Part shown: one piece after another, positions 47,194 to 52,996 of the stretch | Layout: every line of letters starts with the position of its first letter | How positions within the stretch are numbered: position 1 is the stretch's first letter | Assembly (NCBI GenBank): GCA_021776075.1 | Contig: JAJFGQ010000017.1 | Coordinates: 1-52,996, forward strand | DNA length: 52,996 bases | DNA from: Alphaproteobacteria bacterium | GTDB taxonomy: Bacteria; Pseudomonadota; Alphaproteobacteria; Micavibrionales; Micavibrionaceae | Direction: 5' to 3' | Notes under the pieces: model-generated | Databases searched by the model: none | The model's input: the letters and a program-made list of their open reading frames with translations, nothing else | Told to the model about the DNA's origin: nothing | Made by a program: the position numbers and the translations under genes

Positions 47194-48783
47194 ATGACAG
47201 ACGTAAAATCAGATTTTGACCAGTCTCAAAAACAACAGGAAGAAGTTCCTTTCATCGTTGTGACTAAGCATAAGGACGGTACAGAGGAGATTCATATCCA
47301 TGATTTAGTTGTAAGAGTTCCCGGAGATAATGGCCGCGTGCTTGTACAGGACGTGAATTTAGCTCTAAAGCCGGGTGATAAAGTTGCTTTAATGGGAGAG
47401 TCAGGATCGGGTAAAACGACTGTGGCTAAAGCGATCCTTAATAACTGGGACCATGGCTCCGGGTTAATTGTGATGCCCTCCGGCCTGACAATCGTAAGTA
47501 TGTCGCAGCAGGCCTATTTTCCTGACACGACACTACGCGCGATTATGAATTTGAAACCTGAAGAAAAATGCGTATTTGAGGATAAACAACTAACGGAAGT
47601 TTTACAAAAAGTCGGTTTGGAGCAGCTTGTTCAACATATTCCGGGGCAGCAGGTTAAGATTTTGATGGATGATCTTTTGGAGCAGACTCAGAAAATTATG
47701 GAATCCTATGCCGAACAGGAAATATCGGATGATGATTTCCTCTCGGTCAAAAATGATATTTTATCCCGTGTTGCGCCTTTGGTGAAAGAGCAATTTGAGG
47801 TTGTTCAATTTATACCGCAGGAACAAAAAGATTATTTCAAGGAAAAGCTTTCTGCGCAGTTGACCGGGGCGCTTAAAAAGCCTTTAGCACAGCCCAAAGT
47901 AAAAGAATTAACGAATGCTATTCTTGATGATATCGATATAAAATTGGCGCAGCCTTTATATACTCAGTTAGCAGCAACCCTTCCGGAGATGGCGCACAGA
48001 AAACGAGGAAAAATTATTCCCTACACGCCGGCAAAGGCTAAATTTCTTGCTAATAGTTTTGAAGAAAAACTGCGAAAATATTTGACGTCTTATATGAAGA
48101 ATGAAGATACGGATGATATTTATAGGGATATCAGAATTAATGACAAACAAGCCGATTACATTTGTAAGGCTGTCAGTGATAAATTGAGGGAAGAGATGAA
48201 ACCTTACATCAGTGGGGGAACTCTTACGCAGACTTTTAATGCTGTTACATGGGCCGTTACTCTTCCCGCTGCGTTGTTATGGATAGCTTCAAGTGCGATG
48301 AGAGACCTTATCTTTACCCGGAAGATAACGCCTTCTGAAGTGACGCGGACGACCAGTCTTCCCCCCGTGCTTCTTCGGAGAGCCTCGAATATGGCGAAAG
48401 ACCTTGTCCAGAATACAATGCATTTCATGGAGCGTCAGCTCGTAAAGGGCACGGCATTCACAACACAGCTTTCGGGCGGACAAAAGCAGAGACTGATGAT
48501 TGCTATCGGGCTGCTACATGATGCTGATTTATACGTGCTTGATGAGCCTACGGCAGGACTGGATCCAGCAAGTAAGGAAAATATTTATCGTGAAACGATG
48601 GAGGCTGTTCCAAAAGGTGGGATTGTTCTGTGTATTACTCATGATGAAAGCATCATAAAATATCATACACACCTTGCTGTTCTGGAAGATCAAACGATCA
48701 AAATGAAAAAAATTAATCCAGATGCTTATCCTTCTGTAAAGCAACCTTGCGTAGATCACATATGTCCGAATTGCACGCCCTGA
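47194..48783 (+). CDS. ABCD-type ABC transporter ATP-binding protein with ~260-aa insertion between Q-loop and signature motif
   Basis: Walker A GESGSGKTT (aa 68-76). Q-loop SMSQQ (aa ~104). Signature LSGGQKQR (aa 426-433). Walker B LYVLDEPTAGLD. H-loop CITHD. ABCD-family hallmark SIIKYHTHLAVLEDQ (ABCD1 has SLWKYHTHLLQFDGEG). Q-loop to signature spacing is ~320 aa versus ~60 in ABCD1. The insert is charged and helical, with a 22-aa hydrophobic segment FNAVTWAVTLPAALLWIASSAM (aa 347-369). Confidence 0.8.
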   Translation: MTDVKSDFDQSQKQQEEVPFIVVTKHKDGTEEIHIHDLVVRVPGDNGRVLVQDVNLALKPGDKVALMGESGSGKTTVAKAILNNWDHGSGLIVMPSGLTIVSMSQQAYFPDTTLRAIMNLKPEEKCVFEDKQLTEVLQKVGLEQLVQHIPGQQVKILMDDLLEQTQKIMESYAEQEISDDDFLSVKNDILSRVAPLVKEQFEVVQFIPQEQKDYFKEKLSAQLTGALKKPLAQPKVKELTNAILDDIDIKLAQPLYTQLAATLPEMAHRKRGKIIPYTPAKAKFLANSFEEKLRKYLTSYMKNEDTDDIYRDIRINDKQADYICKAVSDKLREEMKPYISGGTLTQTFNAVTWAVTLPAALLWIASSAMRDLIFTRKITPSEVTRTTSLPPVLLRRASNMAKDLVQNTMHFMERQLVKGTAFTTQLSGGQKQRLMIAIGLLHDADLYVLDEPTAGLDPASKENIYRETMEAVPKGGIVLCITHDESIIKYHTHLAVLEDQTIKMKKINPDAYPSVKQPCVDHICPNCTP

Positions 48784-48863
48784 TTGTTTGGCGTGATCTT
48801 CTATATTGACCATTGTAGCGAGAGCTAGTAACAAGGATGGTTATAAACAGGGAGATATAAATA

Positions 48864-50822
48864 ATGAAAAATGAAATACGGCCAGAGAAGCCGGAAAATT
48901 ACAATGGAAATCAAAAACGAGGAAAAAAGGCAGGTCTTTTCTCTGCTTTTGTTCTGGCTGGTGCGTTGGGTGTAAGCGGATGTCTTCCGGGGGCGCCGGT
49001 GCAGGAAATGCCTTATAACGATCTGGTGGATAAGGCAAAATCAGGCCAGATTTCGACAATCACTGTGCAGGGGAATGATATAACAGGCCGCACGGAAACG
49101 GGTGAGGACTTCCATTCTTATGTTGTGGGGAATGATAATGTCTTTGAGCGTCTGAAAGGCTCGAATGTTCCTATAACGGCGAAACCTGTCGAGGGGCCGA
49201 GCGCTTTGGGGCAGATAGGCGGCAGCCTTGTTTACATGGTTGTGTTTATCGGGCTGTTTGTTTTTATCATGCGCAAGATGCAGAGTGGCGCCGGTGGTGC
49301 CGGGGCCTTTGGCAAATCCAAAGCGAAGCTGCTCACGGAAGATAAGGATAAGAATACTTTTTCCGATGTTGCCGGTATTGATGAAGTCAAAGCAGATTTG
49401 CAGGAAATTGTTGAATTTCTGAAGGAGCCGCAAAAGTTTCAAAAACTGGGCGGAAAAATTCCTAAAGGTGTTTTATTGGTAGGCTCACCCGGTACGGGTA
49501 AAACTCTGACGGCGCGTGCTGTTGCGGGGGAAGCCAATGTGCCTTTCTTTACGATTTCCGGTTCTGATTTCGTGGAAATGTTTGTGGGTGTCGGGGCATC
49601 CCGTGTAAGGGATTTGTTTGAGCAGGCCAAAAAGAATGCGCCTTGTATTATCTTTATTGATGAAATTGACGCCGTGGGCCGTCGTCGTGGTGCCGGTCTC
49701 GGTGGGGGGCATGATGAGCGGGAACAGACACTGAACCAGCTTCTTGTTGAGATGGACGGTTTTGAGGAATCGTCTGGTGTTATTCTGATTGCGGCCACAA
49801 ACCGGCCTGATGTTTTGGATCCGGCTTTGCTGCGTCCCGGTCGTTTTGATCGGCAAATAGTGGTGCCGTTGCCCGATGTTATCGGACGGGAGGCTATTTT
49901 AAAGGTTCATACACGGACGGTTCCTCTGGCGGACGACGTAGACTTTAAAGTTATTGCCCGCGGTACACCCGGATATTCAGGTGCGGATATGGCCAATCTG
50001 GTTAATGAAGCAGCTCTTCTGGCTTCGCGGCGTAATAAAAAACGGGTTGATAAGGACGATTTTGAAGGGGCCAGGGACAAGATTTTGTTGGGTGCCGAGC
50101 GGCCTTCCATGGTGATGACGAAAGAGGAAAAAAAGGTAACGGCCTATCATGAGGCCGGGCATGCTCTGGTTGGTTTGAAAATGCCGGGCAACGACCCGCT
50201 CCATAAAGTTACGATTATTCCACGGGGCCGGGCTTTGGGGGTCACAATGAACCTGCCGGAACGCGATCGTTACAGTATGGCCTTTTCTGAGCTGAAAGCG
50301 CGTCTTGCCATGATGTATGGTGGACGGATAGCGGAAGAAATACTTTTGGGACCGGAACATGTGACGACAGGGGCGTCTAACGATATTGAACAGGCTACGA
50401 ATATGGCCCGGAAAATGGTAACCGAATGGGGCATGTCTGATAAACTGGGCTTACTACGTTATGGCGCGGATCAGGAACAGGTCTTTCTCGGCATGTCGAT
50501 GGGGCAATCTCAAAACCTGTCAGAGGAAATGGCCAAACTTGTGGATACGGAGATCAGACGGTTTTCAGATGAAGCTCTTGCGCAGGCCCGAAAAATTCTG
50601 ACAGAAAACAAGGAGCAGTTGGAAACGATAGCAAACGCTTTGCTGGAGTATGAAACGCTCTCCGGTCAGGAAGTCCGGGACCTTCTGGAAGGTAAGCCGG
50701 TTTCACGGCCTGTTGCTCCCCCTGTTGAGGAGAAGAAACCGGAAGAAGCTGTTGTTCTTCCTCCACCGGAGGAAAGGTCGGCACCGCCGCCTTCGCCCCG
50801 TCCGCCGCAATTGGGACCGTAA
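48864..50822 (+). CDS. ftsH: ATP-dependent zinc metalloprotease FtsH
   Basis: 652 aa. AAA+ Walker [12 protein letters not shown]. Zinc site HEAGHA. Pro-rich C-terminal tail. Confidence 0.93.
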   Translation: MKNEIRPEKPENYNGNQKRGKKAGLFSAFVLAGALGVSGCLPGAPVQEMPYNDLVDKAKSGQISTITVQGNDITGRTETGEDFHSYVVGNDNVFERLKGSNVPITAKPVEGPSALGQIGGSLVYMVVFIGLFVFIMRKMQSGAGGAGAFGKSKAKLLTEDKDKNTFSDVAGIDEVKADLQEIVEFLKEPQKFQKLGGKIPKGVLLVGSPGTGKTLTARAVAGEANVPFFTISGSDFVEMFVGVGASRVRDLFEQAKKNAPCIIFIDEIDAVGRRRGAGLGGGHDEREQTLNQLLVEMDGFEESSGVILIAATNRPDVLDPALLRPGRFDRQIVVPLPDVIGREAILKVHTRTVPLADDVDFKVIARGTPGYSGADMANLVNEAALLASRRNKKRVDKDDFEGARDKILLGAERPSMVMTKEEKKVTAYHEAGHALVGLKMPGNDPLHKVTIIPRGRALGVTMNLPERDRYSMAFSELKARLAMMYGGRIAEEILLGPEHVTTGASNDIEQATNMARKMVTEWGMSDKLGLLRYGADQEQVFLGMSMGQSQNLSEEMAKLVDTEIRRFSDEALAQARKILTENKEQLETIANALLEYETLSGQEVRDLLEGKPVSRPVAPPVEEKKPEEAVVLPPPEERSAPPPSPRPPQLGP

Positions 50823-50892
50823 CCCTAATTATTTGTGAGCATCTGTAGAATCGCATAGACTTCCCTCTCATGGAGAGAAGGGGACCGGGTAC

Positions 50893-52500
50893 ATGACTCA
50901 AATTAACAGCACTGTCAAAGCAGAAGATAAGGCCTTCAAAGCCAACCGGCTTCATATGGAAGGGCTTGTCGCTGACCTGAAGGATAAACTCACGACCATT
51001 GAGATGGGCGGCGGAGAGAAGGCACGGGCGCGTCATACAGGGCGCGGTAAGCTTTTGCCGCGTGAGCGGATTAACCGTTTGCTTGATCCCGGTTCACCGT
51101 TTTTAGAACTTTCAGCATTGGCTGCGCATGATGTGTACAGCGATAACGTGCCTGCTGCCGGTATTATTACGGGTGTTGGCCGCGTATCGGGGCAGGAATG
51201 CGTAATCGTCTGCAATGATGCGACGGTGAAGGGCGGTACCTATTATCCGTTAACCGTGAAAAAGCATTTACGGGCGCAGGAAATTGCCGAACAGAATAAC
51301 CTCCCTTGTGTTTATCTGGTGGATAGTGGTGGCGCAAATCTTCCTAATCAGGATGAAGTTTTTCCCGACCGGGATCATTTCGGCCGTATCTTTTATAATC
51401 AGGCGAATATGTCCGCAAAAGCTATTCCGCAGATTGCTGTTGTGATGGGGTCTTGTACGGCGGGCGGTGCTTACGTTCCCGCGATGAGCGATGAAAGCAT
51501 TATTGTGAAAGAACAAGGCACGATTTTTCTTGCCGGACCGCCTTTGGTGAAGGCGGCAACGGGTGAAGAAGTGAGCGCCGAGGATCTTGGCGGTGGGGAT
51601 GTTCATACGCGGGTTTCCGGTGTGGCGGATCATTTGGCCGATAATGACGACCATGCGCTGGAACTGGCGCGGAAATCTGTTTCCCATTTAAACCGCCGTA
51701 AGATGGGAGCCTTGAATTTTCAGGAACCGAAAGAGCCTTTGTACGATCCTGCAGAAATTTACGGGATTATTCCACCTGACCTGAAGACTCAGTATGATGT
51801 GCGCGAGGTGATTGCGCGCCTTGTTGACGGCAGTGAATTCGACGAATTCAAGGCGCGTTACGGCACGACTCTTGTGACAGGTTTTGCCCATATTATGGGG
51901 ATGCCGGTCGGGATTGTGGCCAATAACGGTGTGTTGTTTTCCGAGAGCGCGCTTAAGGGGACGCATTTTATCGAGCTGTGTAATCAGCGCGGTATTCCGC
52001 TTGTATTTTTGCAGAATATTACGGGTTTCATGGTGGGCAAAAAATATGAAAGCGGCGGCATTGCTAAAGACGGGGCGAAGATGGTAACGGCTGTTTCCTG
52101 TGCCAAGGTCCCGAAATTTACGGTGATTATCGGTGGCTCGTTCGGGGCCGGGAATTACGGCATGTGCGGACGGGCCTTTAATCCGCGCTTTCTGTGGATG
52201 TGGCCGAATGCCCGGATTTCCGTGATGGGCGGGGAGCAGGCCGCCGGCGTTCTGGCAACTGTGACACGCGCGAAAATGGAACGTGACGGTCAAAAATGGT
52301 CGGCAAAAGAAGAGGCCGCTTTTAAAGCGCCTATTCAGGAAACTTACGAGAAAGAGGGGCATCCGTATTATGCTTCGGCGCGCCTGTGGGATGATGGCGT
52401 GATAGACCCGGTGGATACGCGGAAAATACTGGGGCTGGCCATGTCGGCTTCGCTCAATGCCCCGATTGAGGACACGACTTACGGCGTGTTCAGGATGTGA
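50893..52500 (+). CDS. acyl-CoA carboxylase carboxyltransferase beta subunit (methylcrotonyl-CoA carboxylase beta-like)
   Basis: 535 aa. Two carboxyltransferase subdomains. Length and N-terminal region ([24 protein letters not shown]) are typical of MccB/PccB. Confidence 0.88.
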   Translation: MTQINSTVKAEDKAFKANRLHMEGLVADLKDKLTTIEMGGGEKARARHTGRGKLLPRERINRLLDPGSPFLELSALAAHDVYSDNVPAAGIITGVGRVSGQECVIVCNDATVKGGTYYPLTVKKHLRAQEIAEQNNLPCVYLVDSGGANLPNQDEVFPDRDHFGRIFYNQANMSAKAIPQIAVVMGSCTAGGAYVPAMSDESIIVKEQGTIFLAGPPLVKAATGEEVSAEDLGGGDVHTRVSGVADHLADNDDHALELARKSVSHLNRRKMGALNFQEPKEPLYDPAEIYGIIPPDLKTQYDVREVIARLVDGSEFDEFKARYGTTLVTGFAHIMGMPVGIVANNGVLFSESALKGTHFIELCNQRGIPLVFLQNITGFMVGKKYESGGIAKDGAKMVTAVSCAKVPKFTVIIGGSFGAGNYGMCGRAFNPRFLWMWPNARISVMGGEQAAGVLATVTRAKMERDGQKWSAKEEAAFKAPIQETYEKEGHPYYASARLWDDGVIDPVDTRKILGLAMSASLNAPIEDTTYGVFRM

Positions 52501-52530
52501 TGTTTTTAGAAATATGAAAGGGGAAGAGAT

Positions 52531-52996
52531 ATGAAAGAAGAAGAGTTTTCTGATTTGTGTGGTGCGTTTCTTAAAGCATCTGAGAATCGCATGGATGAGG
52601 TGTCGGCCTATGATGAGAAAATAGGGGATGATTTTTATGTTGAGGCAGAAAGAAACAAAGAGTATGTCAGTTCCACTTTTGCCGCAGATATATCAGCAAT
52701 TGCCGGCGTTACCTGGATATTTGCTAAATACGCGGTGCTTGCAGCAGGCAGATACTTGCCAGATATGATGGGGGGTGAGTATTGTAAAGAAAAATGTAAC
52801 GCAAAAAGCCCTGATCCATTAGCATATGTCTTTGCTAATCATGCTGCCAGAAGACAATTGTCTTATGGTCTGCATCCCATGAAGGTTGGAGAGAGCATGC
52901 CAGATAAGATGAAAACAAAAGAGGCTCTTGGCTGGGCTGAGAAAAATAAGTTGTCTGGTATAAAAACCGTTATTAAATATTATACGGATAGGCAGC
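52531..52996 (+). CDS. hypothetical protein, 5' partial (runs off window end)
   Basis: ATG 52531 with GGGGAAGAG SD. Open frame to the window end (>155 aa). Contains a hydrophobic segment ISAIAGVTWIFAKYAVLAAG. Not in the ORF track because there is no stop. Confidence 0.45.
   Translation, partial: MKEEEFSDLCGAFLKASENRMDEVSAYDEKIGDDFYVEAERNKEYVSSTFAADISAIAGVTWIFAKYAVLAAGRYLPDMMGGEYCKEKCNAKSPDPLAYVFANHAARRQLSYGLHPMKVGESMPDKMKTKEALGWAEKNKLSGIKTVIKYYTDRQ

Overview
This ~53 kb window (~46% GC) is a chromosomal segment of an alphaproteobacterium-type genome. Conserved gene neighbourhoods support that: pcm-nlpD, yajC-secD-secF, grxD-bolA, maeB and lipB. The window is densely packed with housekeeping genes. 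These include PBP1A (partial, runs off the 5' edge), a GNAT acetyltransferase, maeB-mgtE, tRNA-Leu(GAG), lipB, serS, pcm, nlpD, sodB, trmFO, cysK, ftsH and a carboxyltransferase beta subunit. A fatty-acid beta-oxidation set is also present, as a fadD-fadA-fadN operon plus a separate fadE. Two genes were missed by the ORF track because they run off the window edges: PBP1A at 1..1926 (minus) and a partial ORF at 52531..52996 (plus). There is non-core content worth attention. (1) A divergently promoted split SbmA/BacA/ABCD-type ABC transporter lies at 45.4-48.8 kb. Its ATPase carries a ~260-aa helical insertion with a hydrophobic segment, placed between the Q-loop and the signature motif (SMC/Rad50-like placement), and its permease has an expanded N-terminal half. 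(2) A tandem array of paralogous secreted 4-Cys-domain proteins lies at 11.76-14.28 kb. (3) A Cys-rich secreted repeat protein is convergent with a Gly-zipper membrane protein at 2.7-4.1 kb. (4) A triple-DUF3592 membrane protein is translationally coupled to nlpD. (5) An AT-rich island at 37.1-38.5 kb carries a frameshifted T4-type lysozyme remnant. (6) A 166-bp MITE-like structured element has ~30-bp terminal inverted repeats. (7) An HExxH protein sits in a three-gene cluster with an RMD1/DUF155 protein and a glutamine-amidotransferase-fold protein. No CRISPR array, transposase or integrase was seen.
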